The position numbers and the translations under genes were made by a program. Shown piece by piece: positions 1 to 9,568 of a DNA stretch of 64,000 bases (positions are counted from its first letter, which is position 1; each line of letters begins with the position of its first letter). Below the pieces are notes generated by a model. It worked only from the letters and a program-made list of their open reading frames with translations. It had not been told where the DNA came from and did not search any database. Source of the stretch: Candidatus Tayloriibacteriota bacterium (GTDB taxonomy: Bacteria; Patescibacteriota; Minisyncoccia; Phycocordibacterales; PALSA-1337); assembly GCA_016215455.1 (NCBI GenBank), contig JACRJP010000004.1, forward strand, positions 21,132-85,131, in the 5' to 3' direction.

Positions 1-1
1 A

Positions 2-256
2 CTTGCAGTTGAACAACTTCAGGGTGCCGAGCCAAAATTTGTTCTCGTATTCAACTGTATCGCACGTAATAAGCTTTTTGGTGATCGTGGAGGAGATGAA
101 ATTAACGCTATTCAAGAATCAATTGGCAAACAAGTACCACTCATCGGTTTCTATACGTATGGTGAACAAGCTCCTTTGTATGGAGAAGTAAAAAATCTTG
201 AGAAATGTTCTCCAGGATTTCATAATGAAACAGTCGTAATCGCAGTAATTGCTTAA
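2..256 (+). CDS. FIST domain protein, C-terminal part only. It is cut off at the 5' end by the window edge.
   Basis: The frame-2 translation reads LAVEQLQGAEPKFVLVFNCIARNKLFGDRGGDEINAIQESIGKQVPLIGFYTYGEQAPLYGEVKNL... and ends at TAA 254-256. The GFYTYGEQAP ending is typical of the FIST_C domain. The ORF track missed it because there is no Met inside the window. Confidence 0.6.
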   Translation, partial: LAVEQLQGAEPKFVLVFNCIARNKLFGDRGGDEINAIQESIGKQVPLIGFYTYGEQAPLYGEVKNLEKCSPGFHNETVVIAVIA

Positions 257-1088
257 TCACATGAAAACTACCTACACCCAAGAAGAAGTACAGAAAATAT
301 TTGATCAACAGGAGGTAAGTTCAAAGATGTTAGTTCGTCGAGATCTCGAATTGACTCGTGCAAATGAAATGCTTCGTGAGCTCGACAAACGAAAGTCAGA
401 CTTTCTCTCTGTTATGGCTCACCAATTACGAACTCCTCTTGCCGGTATCAAATGGACATTTAACATTCTCTTGAGTGAAGATCTTGGAACTCTCAATGAA
501 GAACAGAAGAAATTTCTCATGAAAGGATATGAGAGTAATCAACGCATGATTAATCTCATTGAAGATATGCTTGGTGCTGAACGTATTGGTTCGGGACGAG
601 CTCATTTCGACTTTGAGACAACTGGTATTCATCAAGTTCTTGAGACCGTGATGTTTGAACTTACTCCTCAAGCTGCTAATCGTGATGTAAGTATCAAGGT
701 AGAAGGAATTAATGAAAAACTCACGCCAGTAGTGGCTGACAGTGAGAAACTTAAGGCAGTATTTCAGAATCTCATTGATAATGCTATCAAGTACACTCGT
801 GCTGGTGGTACGGTAACAGTACGTTGTACTGACAACGGAGAATTTTTTGTAATTGCTATCAAAGATACTGGTATCGGTATTCCTCAGGAACAACAAAAGT
901 ATATTTTCAACCGTTTCTATCGAGCGCCGAATGCTATTAAAGAACAAACAGATGGATCTGGTCTCGGTCTTTTCATTGTGAAGGGTATCGTCGAAAAACA
1001 TGGAGGTACGGTATGGTTTGATAGTGAAGAGGGTAAGGGAACAACCTTTTACTTTACTCTTAGGAAGGAGTACAATAAAAGCGAATAA
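249..1088 (+). CDS. Soluble sensor histidine kinase. It has a coiled coil, HisKA and HATPase_c, with no transmembrane or sensor domain.
   Basis: The H-box is DFLSVMAHQLRTPL. N, G1 and G2 boxes are present: NLIDNAIKYT, IKDTGIGIP, GSGLGLFIVK. It overlaps the FIST gene end by 8 nt. Confidence 0.85.
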   Translation: MLNHMKTTYTQEEVQKIFDQQEVSSKMLVRRDLELTRANEMLRELDKRKSDFLSVMAHQLRTPLAGIKWTFNILLSEDLGTLNEEQKKFLMKGYESNQRMINLIEDMLGAERIGSGRAHFDFETTGIHQVLETVMFELTPQAANRDVSIKVEGINEKLTPVVADSEKLKAVFQNLIDNAIKYTRAGGTVTVRCTDNGEFFVIAIKDTGIGIPQEQQKYIFNRFYRAPNAIKEQTDGSGLGLFIVKGIVEKHGGTVWFDSEEGKGTTFYFTLRKEYNKSE

Positions 1089-1094
1089 AACTAT

Positions 1095-1913
1095 ATGTCA
1101 CAGCGCGTTCTCGTAATTGAAGATGATGTTTTTCTAGGAGATCTTCTCCTTGAGAAACTTAACAAAGAAGGCTACGATACCCATCTTGTACGAGATGGTG
1201 CGTTAGGTATTCCTTCAATCACTCAATTAAAGCCAGATATTATCCTACTTGATATTATTCTCCCGAATGTTAATGGATATGAGATTCTCGAGGCAAAACG
1301 AAAAGATCCAAACATCGCAGCAATTCCTGTTATTGTTATTTCAAACTCAGGCCAACCGGTTGAAGTAAGTCGTGTACTTGCCCTTGGAGTGAAAGACTAC
1401 CTCATCAAGGCTCGTTTTGATGTGAATGATGTGATTTATAAGATGCGTGAGGTATTGGGACAAGGACAACCAGCAGCCCAACCTTCAATAACTTCTTCTA
1501 CGGAACAGAAAGCTGCCGGAGGGGTTCCACAAGACCAAGGACTTTCAGGTAAGCATCTCTTATGGGTAGAAGACGATAAATTTCTTGGAGATATCCTTTC
1601 TCGAAAGCTTACTGCGCAAGGTGCTATCGTCTATCGTGCAAAAAATGCTGACGAAGCGTATGCATCAATCGAAAAAGATATACCTGATATGATTCTTCTT
1701 GATGTCATTCTACCTGGAGCAGATGGTTTTGAAATTCTACAGAAAGTTAAGATTTCTCCTCGAACAAAACAAGTACCTGTTATTATGCTTTCAAATGTTA
1801 GTCAAAGTGGTGAAATAGAGAAGAGTAAACTCCTTGGAGCACATAAGTTTCTCGTGAAGGCTGCAGTCACTCTCGACCAGATCATTCGTGAAATAAAAAC
1901 AGTTCTTGCATAG
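1095..1913 (+). CDS. Response regulator with two tandem receiver (REC) domains and no output domain.
   Basis: Two REC units are visible: VLVIEDD...ILLDIILP...K and LWVEDD...ILLDVILP...K. The gap to the kinase is 7 nt. Confidence 0.85.
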   Translation: MSQRVLVIEDDVFLGDLLLEKLNKEGYDTHLVRDGALGIPSITQLKPDIILLDIILPNVNGYEILEAKRKDPNIAAIPVIVISNSGQPVEVSRVLALGVKDYLIKARFDVNDVIYKMREVLGQGQPAAQPSITSSTEQKAAGGVPQDQGLSGKHLLWVEDDKFLGDILSRKLTAQGAIVYRAKNADEAYASIEKDIPDMILLDVILPGADGFEILQKVKISPRTKQVPVIMLSNVSQSGEIEKSKLLGAHKFLVKAAVTLDQIIREIKTVLA

Positions 1914-1964
1914 TCCTCGGTTACTGGTATAGTGGTGAGAACGTCCTAACCATTCCACACTACA

Positions 1965-4562
1965 ATGGCTAATAAAAGCAACAAAACAGACGGCCCCCGG
2001 CGTAATGACGAGATGATTATCGTTAAAGGTGCACGTACCCACAACCTCAAAAATATTACGGTGGAAATGCCTCGTAATAAGATGATTGCTATTACCGGTC
2101 TCTCAGGATCAGGTAAGTCGTCACTCGCATTCGATACTATCTTTGCTGAAGGGCAGCGACGATACGTTGAGTCTCTTTCTTCATATGCTCGTCAATTCCT
2201 TCGTCAGATGCAAAAACCCGATGTTGATGAAATCATAGGTCTTTCACCAGCTATTTCTATTGATCAGAAATCTCGATCAAATAATCCTCGATCAACTGTC
2301 GCAACAATCACTGAAATTTACGATTACCTCCGTATCCTATTTGCTCGTGTTGGTAAGCCACACTGTCTTGAGTGTAATCGAGAGATTAAACGTATTACAA
2401 AAGAAGAAATTCTTGATGTCATCTTAAAACAAGTAGCGAGTCATGCTGCAGGAGGAAAAAAGGTACTCGGCGTTGAGCTATCTGATGCAAAAATTAAAAT
2501 ATATGCTCCTGTGGTACTTGGTCGTAAGGGTGAATACTATCAGCTTCTCTACGATCTTCTTGGAAAAGGATATACAAAAGTAAAGGTAGACGGCATAGCA
2601 CATCTACTCCGTGAACAAATTGTACTTGATAAGAATAAGAAACACAGTATTGATGTTTTGGTTGACGAACTCTTTCTGAGTGAATTTACCAACAAGAAAC
2701 AGTCAGCGAATGCTAAAGAACGTCTTTCAGAAGCACTCGAACGAGCTATTGAAGAAGCTAATGGCCTTATCCGTATCGAATTCCCGAATGATGAAAAGCT
2801 CATGTCGGTTAAATTCATGTGTCCTTACGATGGATTTTCATATCCTGAAATTGAACCTCGCTTATTCTCATTTAACTCACCATATGGCGCATGTCCTGAA
2901 TGTAATGGTCTCGGTACTCAAGTATTCTTTGGTGATGAACCGTGTGGGGTGTGTAAGGGAGCACGACTTCGTCCCGAAGCACTTCATGTAAAGATAGGTA
3001 ATCATAACATTGTTGATACTACGGCACTTTCAATTGATACAGCCAAGAAATTCTTTGAAGATGTAGAACTTACTGATACTGAAAAAGAAATTGCTAAGGT
3101 GATTCTCAAAGAGATTGAATCTCGACTTCAATTCATGCTAAATGTCGGTATCGAATACCTTACACTCGATCGTCGAGCTCATACACTTTCAGGTGGAGAA
3201 GCTCAACGTATTCGCCTTGCTTCACAGCTTGGATCAGGTCTTGTGGGAGCTCTCTATGTACTCGATGAACCAACAATTGGTCTTCATCAACGAGACAACG
3301 ATCGTTTGATTAAAACTCTCATATCACTTCGTGACCTTGGTAATACTATTATCGTCGTCGAACACGATGAAGATACGATGTTTGCCTCTGACTATATGAT
3401 CGATATCGGGCCAAAGGCTGGAGTTCATGGCGGTAATGTAGTCGTAGCGGGATACCTTGAAGATCTTCTTACCGCTAAGAAAAATGATTCTGGCTCATTA
3501 ACCCTTTCATATCTTCGTGGAGAAACAAAGATTCCTGTTCCTCATAAGCGTCGTGAACCGAAAGGTAAGATCATGGTTCGTGGTGGAAATGTTTTCAATA
3601 TTAAAAATATGGATGTTGATATACCACTCGGTTGTTTCAATGTCATTACCGGTGTTTCAGGATCGGGTAAATCATCATTGATGTATGAAATTCTTCACAA
3701 AAATCTTGAAGGACGACTTGAACGACGACATCGAACTGCACAGTTATATAACTGTAAGAGTTTTGAAGGTACTGAATACCTTAGTCGTACTATTCTCATC
3801 GACCAATCTCCGATTGGACGAACTCCACGATCAAATCCAGTGACATATACTGGGGCATGGACACATATCCGAGATCTTTTTGCTGCATCACCTGAAGCTC
3901 GAGCTCGTGGTTGGGGTCCTGGAAGATTTTCATTCAATGTGAAGGGTGGACGTTGTGAAGCATGTCAGGGTAATGGTGAAATTGCTGTTGAAATGCATTT
4001 CTTGCCGACAGTATATGTGCCCTGTGAAGTCTGTGCTGGTAAGCGCTTCATGAAAGAAACTCTTGATATCAAGTATAAAGGTAAGAGCGTGTATGACGTG
4101 CTCCATATGACAATTGAGGAAGCCCTCGTATTCTTTGAAGACATTCCAGCTGTGTCAGATCGACTTCAAACTCTTGGTGAAGTAGGTCTTGGATATCTTA
4201 AACTTGGACAATCAGCAACCACTCTCTCTGGTGGAGAGGCTCAACGTGTCAAAATTTCATCAGAACTCTATCGTGCGCATTTGCAAAAGACTATCTATCT
4301 TCTCGATGAACCTACCGTCGGTCTCCATTATGAGGATGTACGAAAACTCATTGAGATTCTCGAACGACTCGTCGAAAAGGGAAATACTGTTGTGGTGATT
4401 GAACACAATCTTGATCTCATTAAGTGTGCAGACTACGTGGTTGATGTTGGTCCAAACGGAGGAACTGGAGGAGGAAATATTGTTGCTAAAGGAACACCTG
4501 AAGATGTTGCACGAAATGCAAAATCATACACAGGACAGTATTTGAAGAAGTTGTTGAAATAA
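1965..4562 (+). CDS. uvrA: Excinuclease ABC subunit A (UvrA).
   Basis: Two ABC ATPase modules with [10 protein letters not shown] and [15 protein letters not shown] signatures, and zinc-finger Cys clusters. Length 865 aa. Confidence 0.97.
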   Translation: MANKSNKTDGPRRNDEMIIVKGARTHNLKNITVEMPRNKMIAITGLSGSGKSSLAFDTIFAEGQRRYVESLSSYARQFLRQMQKPDVDEIIGLSPAISIDQKSRSNNPRSTVATITEIYDYLRILFARVGKPHCLECNREIKRITKEEILDVILKQVASHAAGGKKVLGVELSDAKIKIYAPVVLGRKGEYYQLLYDLLGKGYTKVKVDGIAHLLREQIVLDKNKKHSIDVLVDELFLSEFTNKKQSANAKERLSEALERAIEEANGLIRIEFPNDEKLMSVKFMCPYDGFSYPEIEPRLFSFNSPYGACPECNGLGTQVFFGDEPCGVCKGARLRPEALHVKIGNHNIVDTTALSIDTAKKFFEDVELTDTEKEIAKVILKEIESRLQFMLNVGIEYLTLDRRAHTLSGGEAQRIRLASQLGSGLVGALYVLDEPTIGLHQRDNDRLIKTLISLRDLGNTIIVVEHDEDTMFASDYMIDIGPKAGVHGGNVVVAGYLEDLLTAKKNDSGSLTLSYLRGETKIPVPHKRREPKGKIMVRGGNVFNIKNMDVDIPLGCFNVITGVSGSGKSSLMYEILHKNLEGRLERRHRTAQLYNCKSFEGTEYLSRTILIDQSPIGRTPRSNPVTYTGAWTHIRDLFAASPEARARGWGPGRFSFNVKGGRCEACQGNGEIAVEMHFLPTVYVPCEVCAGKRFMKETLDIKYKGKSVYDVLHMTIEEALVFFEDIPAVSDRLQTLGEVGLGYLKLGQSATTLSGGEAQRVKISSELYRAHLQKTIYLLDEPTVGLHYEDVRKLIEILERLVEKGNTVVVIEHNLDLIKCADYVVDVGPNGGTGGGNIVAKGTPEDVARNAKSYTGQYLKKLLK

Positions 4563-4593
4563 AAAAACAAACAAAAGTATACTGGGTAGCATC

Positions 4594-5136
4594 CTAGTGA
4601 ACTACTCCCAGGAGATTGAAAACCTCATAGCCCTCGTGATGCACTCTCGTATTGCCATGCTGGAGCAAAGCGATTGCGAGGAATGCTCGTGCGCGCCGGA
4701 TGAAGTCGTTGGGGTTACTTGCGCAAATCTCCACTTCGAGCTGAACTAAGTCAGCGGCTTTCTCCAGTGTCTCGCAGAAACGATCTGCGTTCGGCGCTGA
4801 TGTTGTCGGGACACGGAAGTAGAGAATTCCGCCAATCACGATGATCGCAATGAATGGGATCGACAGGCCGATAAGCCCATACTTTTCCAGGGCCATGACC
4901 GACAGGTCACCTTTCAGTATCACGAGCAGAAGAAGGAGAAGAGATGCGATGATCATTCTGATTCCGATTCTCGAGCGGCAGCGGTTTTCTTTTTCCTGTG
5001 CCATGATCGTCAATCGAGCTTCCTCGATCGGGTTCACGCCAAAGCGCTTCGTGAAAGAACTTACCCAGCCTGATGGCAGGATACCTTGGTCATGTAACTG
5101 GACCAAGCGACAGAGAGCGAGAGGGCGAGTGTTCAT
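4594..5136 (-). CDS. Hypothetical membrane protein encoded in a GC-rich insert between uvrA and uvrC. The start is uncertain.
   Basis: The minus-strand ORF has a hydrophobic stretch MIIASLLLLLLVILKG...IPFIAIIVIGGILYF. The segment 4600-5130 is visibly GC-richer than its flanks. I preferred the start at the Met of MNTRPL (5136) because the longer ORF runs into the uvrC start. Confidence 0.35.
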   Translation of the reverse strand: MNTRPLALCRLVQLHDQGILPSGWVSSFTKRFGVNPIEEARLTIMAQEKENRCRSRIGIRMIIASLLLLLLVILKGDLSVMALEKYGLIGLSIPFIAIIVIGGILYFRVPTTSAPNADRFCETLEKAADLVQLEVEICASNPNDFIRRARAFLAIALLQHGNTRVHHEGYEVFNLLGVVH

Positions 5137-5209
5137 ACATGAGATTGTGGTTTTCAAGCCAACTCTGTATACTATTGAAGCACTAATATAGAATCTGTCA
5201 AGGAATACT

Positions 5210-6439
5210 GTGAAATTAGAAAACTTTGAACAATTACATATACCTGACAACCCTGGAGTATACCTATTCTATGGTTCAACATCAGATACTCAGCCACTAT
5301 ACATTGGTCGAGCAACCTCTCTTCGTGACCGTGTACGAAGCTATTTTGGTGATGATCTCATACATACTCGTGGTCCACTACTTGTTGATCTTGTAACTAA
5401 GGCTGAAACTATCAAATGGCAAGAAACCGACTCTGTTCTTGAGGCGATTATCCTTGAAGCTAATCTCATTAAGAAGTATCAACCATATTACAATACCAAA
5501 GAGAAGGATAATAAGAGTTTTAATTATGTTGTGATTACCAAAGAAGATTTTCCTCGAATACTTGTGGTGCGTGAGAGAAATTTGGAAAAAGATGCAACAG
5601 AAAAGAATTTTAAGGTACTTCATAAGTTTGGGCCGTATCCTCACACAGGAACTTTAGTTGAAGTCCTCAAGATTATTCGAAAGATGTTTCCATATCGAGA
5701 CAAATGTACACCAAATTCTGGTAAGCCATGTTTCAATCGTCAGATCGGTCTTTGTCCTGGGGTATGTAACGGGGACATTACCTCAAAAGAGTATAAAAAG
5801 AGCATTGCTCGTATAGTTCTATTTTTTGAAGGTAAGCGTTCAAAACTCATTGCAGATCTCGAAAAGGATATGACACAAGCTGCTCATGAAGAATGCTTTG
5901 AAAAAGCAACCTCACTTCGGGGTGTACTGTACAAGATCACTCATATTCATGACATGGCAATTCTTAAAGATGAACGCAATGAGACTTCAGATACTGGTTT
6001 TCGTATTGAAGCATACGATGTGGCACATCTCGGTGGTACAAATATTGCAGGGGTCATGGTGGTTGCGCATGACGGTATTCTCGAAAAAGGAGAGTATCGA
6101 AAATTTAAAATAACAACAGCAAAGAATGCTCACGAGACTCAATCACTTCGAGAGATTTTGACTCGTCGATTTTCTCATCCTGAATGGAGATTAGCTAATA
6201 TCATCGTTGTGGATGGTAATGATGTACAGAAGAATGCAGCAGAAGCGGTTCTTGCTGAGCTTAAACTGACCATTCCTGTACTCGCAGTAGTCAAAGATGC
6301 TCGTCATAAGCCACGAGATTTTATCGGTGATCCTGAACTTATTACACAGCATCGAGCAACTATCCTTAAACTTAATGCTGAGGCACACCGTTTCTCGATT
6401 TCATACCACCGTCTTTTGCGTTCACGAATTATTCGGTGA
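5210..6439 (+). CDS. uvrC: Excinuclease ABC subunit C, short form (UvrC). It has GIY-YIG, a Cys-rich/UVR region and the RNaseH-like endonuclease domain, but no C-terminal HhH.
   Basis: GVYLFYG...YIGRATSLRDRVRSY is a GIY-YIG motif. EAYDVAHLGG marks the endonuclease domain. The start codon is GTG. The protein is 409 aa, against about 600 for a canonical UvrC. Confidence 0.85.
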   Translation: MKLENFEQLHIPDNPGVYLFYGSTSDTQPLYIGRATSLRDRVRSYFGDDLIHTRGPLLVDLVTKAETIKWQETDSVLEAIILEANLIKKYQPYYNTKEKDNKSFNYVVITKEDFPRILVVRERNLEKDATEKNFKVLHKFGPYPHTGTLVEVLKIIRKMFPYRDKCTPNSGKPCFNRQIGLCPGVCNGDITSKEYKKSIARIVLFFEGKRSKLIADLEKDMTQAAHEECFEKATSLRGVLYKITHIHDMAILKDERNETSDTGFRIEAYDVAHLGGTNIAGVMVVAHDGILEKGEYRKFKITTAKNAHETQSLREILTRRFSHPEWRLANIIVVDGNDVQKNAAEAVLAELKLTIPVLAVVKDARHKPRDFIGDPELITQHRATILKLNAEAHRFSISYHRLLRSRIIR

Positions 6440-6456
6440 TATAATGATTGTCATAT

Positions 6457-7422
6457 ATGGCACTTATTAATGTCGGCGTCCTCCGTGGAGGTCCAAGTAA
6501 TGAATATGAAGTGTCTCTCCAAACAGGGGGAGTTGTTTTACGTCATCTCGATACTAATAAATATAAACCTCATGATATTTTTATTGATAAAGAAGGTGTG
6601 TGGCATATGGGAGGTACTCCTCGCCAGCCTGAGAATATTCTTTCTCAAGTTGATGTCTTGTTTAATGCTCTGCATGGAGAATATGGTGAAGATGGTAGAA
6701 TCCAACAACTTCTTGAGAGTCATGGTGCACGCTATACCGGTTCAGATGCTCTTGGTTCTGCTTTGGGAATGAATAAAGCACTCGCAAAGCAAATATTTAA
6801 GGATCACGGGATTAAAACTGCTCACTATACGGTCATCTCAGATGCAAGTAATCTTCACCAAACAGCCGTTGAACTCTTTAGAAAGTTTCCTATGCCTGCT
6901 GTTGTTAAACCTCTCGCAAGTGGTTCATCAGTAGGGGTAACAATTGCAAAAGATTTTCATAGTCTTGAAGCAGGACTTCGTCATGCATTTCAATTTGGTG
7001 ATGCTGTTATCGTCGAAGAATTTATTCCAGGCATTGAAGCAACTTGTGGAGTTATTGAAGGATATCGAGATCATGACTTATACGCTTTACCACCAGTCGA
7101 GATTCGACCTCATGGTGATCGTTTCTTTGATTATGAAGCAAAATATCAAGGGAAGTCAGAAGAGATTTGTCCTGGTAATTTTGACCATGATACAAAGGCG
7201 ATGATTGAACACTTAGCGAAAGCGGCACATAAAGCTCTTGGTTTACGACACTATTCTCGTTCAGATTTCATTGTTTCACCACGTCGAGGTGTATATATCC
7301 TTGAAGTGAACACTCTACCCGGACTTACTGAAGAATCTCTTTTCCCAAAATCACTCAATGCTGTAGGGAGTAATCTTTCGCATTTCTTTGATCATCTCAT
7401 TGAACTTGCGTTGCAAAAATAA
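6457..7422 (+). CDS. ddl: D-alanine--D-alanine ligase.
   Basis: ATP-grasp fold with VLRGGPSNEYEVSL and EVNTLPG. The ORF track starts it at TTG 6448. The ATG at 6457 is more likely. Confidence 0.9.
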   Translation: MALINVGVLRGGPSNEYEVSLQTGGVVLRHLDTNKYKPHDIFIDKEGVWHMGGTPRQPENILSQVDVLFNALHGEYGEDGRIQQLLESHGARYTGSDALGSALGMNKALAKQIFKDHGIKTAHYTVISDASNLHQTAVELFRKFPMPAVVKPLASGSSVGVTIAKDFHSLEAGLRHAFQFGDAVIVEEFIPGIEATCGVIEGYRDHDLYALPPVEIRPHGDRFFDYEAKYQGKSEEICPGNFDHDTKAMIEHLAKAAHKALGLRHYSRSDFIVSPRRGVYILEVNTLPGLTEESLFPKSLNAVGSNLSHFFDHLIELALQK

Positions 7423-7466
7423 AAAAAAGAAGGTAGAATGTTTTGCGTTATAGTATGTGCTGTATT

Positions 7467-7539
7467 GGGCCCTTAGCTTAGTTGGTAGAGCGCCTCATTT
7501 GCAATGAGGAGGTCGCCGGTTCGAATCCGGCAGGGTCCA
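7467..7539 (+). tRNA. tRNA-Cys (anticodon GCA). The CCA tail is not encoded.
   Basis: It folds as a cloverleaf: acceptor GGGCCCT/AGGGTCC, anticodon stem CCTCA/TGAGG, loop TTGCAAT, T-arm GCCGG-TTCGAAT-CCGGC. Confidence 0.85.
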
Positions 7540-7568
7540 CAAAACAAATCGGTAGAGCAAATAATATT

Positions 7569-8225
7569 ATGAATATTGAAAACGGAATAAATGCAAAAGA
7601 GCAACTAAATCCGGTTTCAATAGAAGAACCTACCTATATTTATAAAAGAAGTGGAGAAACCCTTACTGTTACTCCCGAAGATGAAAAAAGATATAGTGAA
7701 GCAGTTACTGCATTTATTGCAGCCAAGAATCAATTTGAAAACGACAGAGAAAGTAGTGTAATTATTGAAGAATACGTTGAAAAGTTTTGGCGAAGTGCTT
7801 ATGAGAATCTTCCTGAGATACCAGCAGGATATGTGCGTCTTTTACATCATACATTTAGTTCAAGTCAGGCAGAAGGAATCCGTCAAAATGGATTAAGATA
7901 CGGGGGAACCACTATGGGTAGTTATAGTTATCTTAATAAGATTGCATACACCGCTAATATTGTGCGAGATATGAATGAAAGGGATGAAAGCGGAAATCGT
8001 ATTTTGTATAACAGTCGTGTAGAGACCCAGAAAGAAGGGGTTGTTGTGATTTTCGATCTTCCAGAAGAAGATTTGAAGAAATATGAATATAACAATGGAG
8101 CACCTGGTGTGATCCCAGCTGAATTTTTTGTAGCTGCTTTACCAGAAAGAACACCTATTGTTTGGATTAACTACGAAAAAAGAATTTTTGCCCCGTTATC
8201 GCAAAGATTTAATGAGAAACTGTGA
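7569..8225 (+). CDS. Hypothetical protein. It is the only gene inside the tRNA-Cys-flanked insert.
   Basis: The ORF begins MNIENGINAKEQ. The track ORF 7482..8225 starts inside the tRNA, so I trimmed it to the first Met after the tRNA. The sequence is AT-rich and K/E-rich, with no recognisable domain. Confidence 0.5.
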   Translation: MNIENGINAKEQLNPVSIEEPTYIYKRSGETLTVTPEDEKRYSEAVTAFIAAKNQFENDRESSVIIEEYVEKFWRSAYENLPEIPAGYVRLLHHTFSSSQAEGIRQNGLRYGGTTMGSYSYLNKIAYTANIVRDMNERDESGNRILYNSRVETQKEGVVVIFDLPEEDLKKYEYNNGAPGVIPAEFFVAALPERTPIVWINYEKRIFAPLSQRFNEKL

Positions 8226-8231
8226 TTTCTA

Positions 8232-8268
8232 GATGAGGTTGCTGGTTCGAATCCGGCAGAGTCTATAA
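8232..8268 (+). repeat. Degenerate direct repeat of the 3' half of tRNA-Cys (an att-like site).
   Basis: gatgagg..ttgctGGTTCGAATCCGGCAGagtctat aligns with tRNA positions 7505-7540. The 16 nt GGTTCGAATCCGGCAG match exactly. Both copies are followed by aaaa. Confidence 0.7.
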
Positions 8269-8314
8269 AATATCTCTCCTATACTAATCTTGGTTTTAAT
8301 GATTAAATTATAGT

Positions 8315-9403
8315 ATGAAAAAAATCATTTGGTCTGCAGTTGTTGTTATTATAATTGTGATAGGTTGGTTATTTACTAACAACAAACAGTCTAAATTAGT
8401 AACTAGTCACTCAATTAAGATTGGTGTCATAGCTCCACTTTCTGGCCCTCTAGCAGAATACGGAGAAGCATTTCAGAATGGTATCATCCTTGCGCAAGAG
8501 AAACTTAAGAATAACAAACTCCAATTTGTTTTTGAGGATAGTGCATATGACTCAGGTAAGGCAATTGCTGCTTTTAACAAGCTAAAAGATTTTGATAAGG
8601 TAAATGTGATTATCAACTGGGGTGATCCTACATCGCAAGCCATTGCACCTCTTGTGAAAACTAATTCGATTCCTTTTATCGCGGTGACAACTATTCCATC
8701 AGTTGCTGAACAAAGTCCGTATATCATCAGAACCCTAAATCGTTCAGAAGACGCGGCGGGAGCAACTTGGGAATATTTAAGGTCAAAAAACTTTAAAAAT
8801 GTTGGTATTGTAAAGCTTGAAACACCGTATTTTAATAGTCTTGTAGATTCGCTTATCAAGACAAAACAAACTGACGAAAAAGTTACTATTATTGATACCT
8901 ATCTTTCATTTGGTGATAAAGATTTCAGAACATCGATTAGTAAAATAAAAAATACATCGAAGTATGATGTTATTGGTGTATTCCTTGCGGGAGGTCAAAT
9001 CAGCCAGTTTTATAAACAGGCAAGTACTCTCGAAATGAAAACTCCTACATTTGGGACGGATTTTTTTGAAAGTCAGAGTGATATTGATGCCGCAGGAACA
9101 ACTATGAATGGAGTGGTGTATGTAAACTATGATGTTTCAGATGATTTTAGAACTGAATATCAAAATAGATTCAAAAATATAAGCCAAATTGCATACGCTG
9201 GTAATGGGTACGATACTGTAATGATGCTTAATAGTATTCCAGACGCAGATAAAGATTCAGTTATTAATACTCTTAAGGCTGTAAAAGATTACTCGGGAGT
9301 AGTTGGAAAATGGAATTTACTCGAAACAACCACTGATCGCTATCTTTCATCACCGTTCCATATAAAAATTATCCAGGACGGGATAATAAAAACTCTTAAT
9401 TAA
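8315..9403 (+). CDS. ABC transporter substrate-binding protein, type-1 periplasmic binding fold, resembling Leu/Ile/Val-binding proteins.
   Basis: An N-terminal TM or signal anchor is followed by IGVIAPLSGPLAEYGEAFQNG, characteristic of the Peripla_BP_6/LivJ family. Confidence 0.7.
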   Translation: MKKIIWSAVVVIIIVIGWLFTNNKQSKLVTSHSIKIGVIAPLSGPLAEYGEAFQNGIILAQEKLKNNKLQFVFEDSAYDSGKAIAAFNKLKDFDKVNVIINWGDPTSQAIAPLVKTNSIPFIAVTTIPSVAEQSPYIIRTLNRSEDAAGATWEYLRSKNFKNVGIVKLETPYFNSLVDSLIKTKQTDEKVTIIDTYLSFGDKDFRTSISKIKNTSKYDVIGVFLAGGQISQFYKQASTLEMKTPTFGTDFFESQSDIDAAGTTMNGVVYVNYDVSDDFRTEYQNRFKNISQIAYAGNGYDTVMMLNSIPDADKDSVINTLKAVKDYSGVVGKWNLLETTTDRYLSSPFHIKIIQDGIIKTLN

Positions 9404-9568
9404 GAGTGTGCATATCTATATTTGACAAGTCTACAATATATAGTATTGTAATTTACATGACTTTTTACGGGTCAAACCAAATAAATAACCTCAACCGATC
9501 ACACTCATCTTTGTGTGAAAGCGGGCATTTGTGGCGTTCTGAGTACTAACATCTATTTTCAGTATTTT

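Noticed and set aside
3-191. Track ORF in frame 3 (62 aa) at the window start.
   Set aside because: Frame 2 over the same DNA gives a clean FIST_C-like translation that ends at 254-256. The frame-3 ORF is a low-complexity shadow of it.
426-1001. 191 aa minus-strand ORF inside the histidine kinase gene.
   Set aside because: It is antisense to a gene with a full conserved motif set, and it has no motifs of its own.
7482-7568. N-terminal extension of the insert ORF (MVERLICNEEVAGSNPAGS...).
   Set aside because: It is a translation of the tRNA-Cys body itself. The real start must lie downstream of the tRNA.
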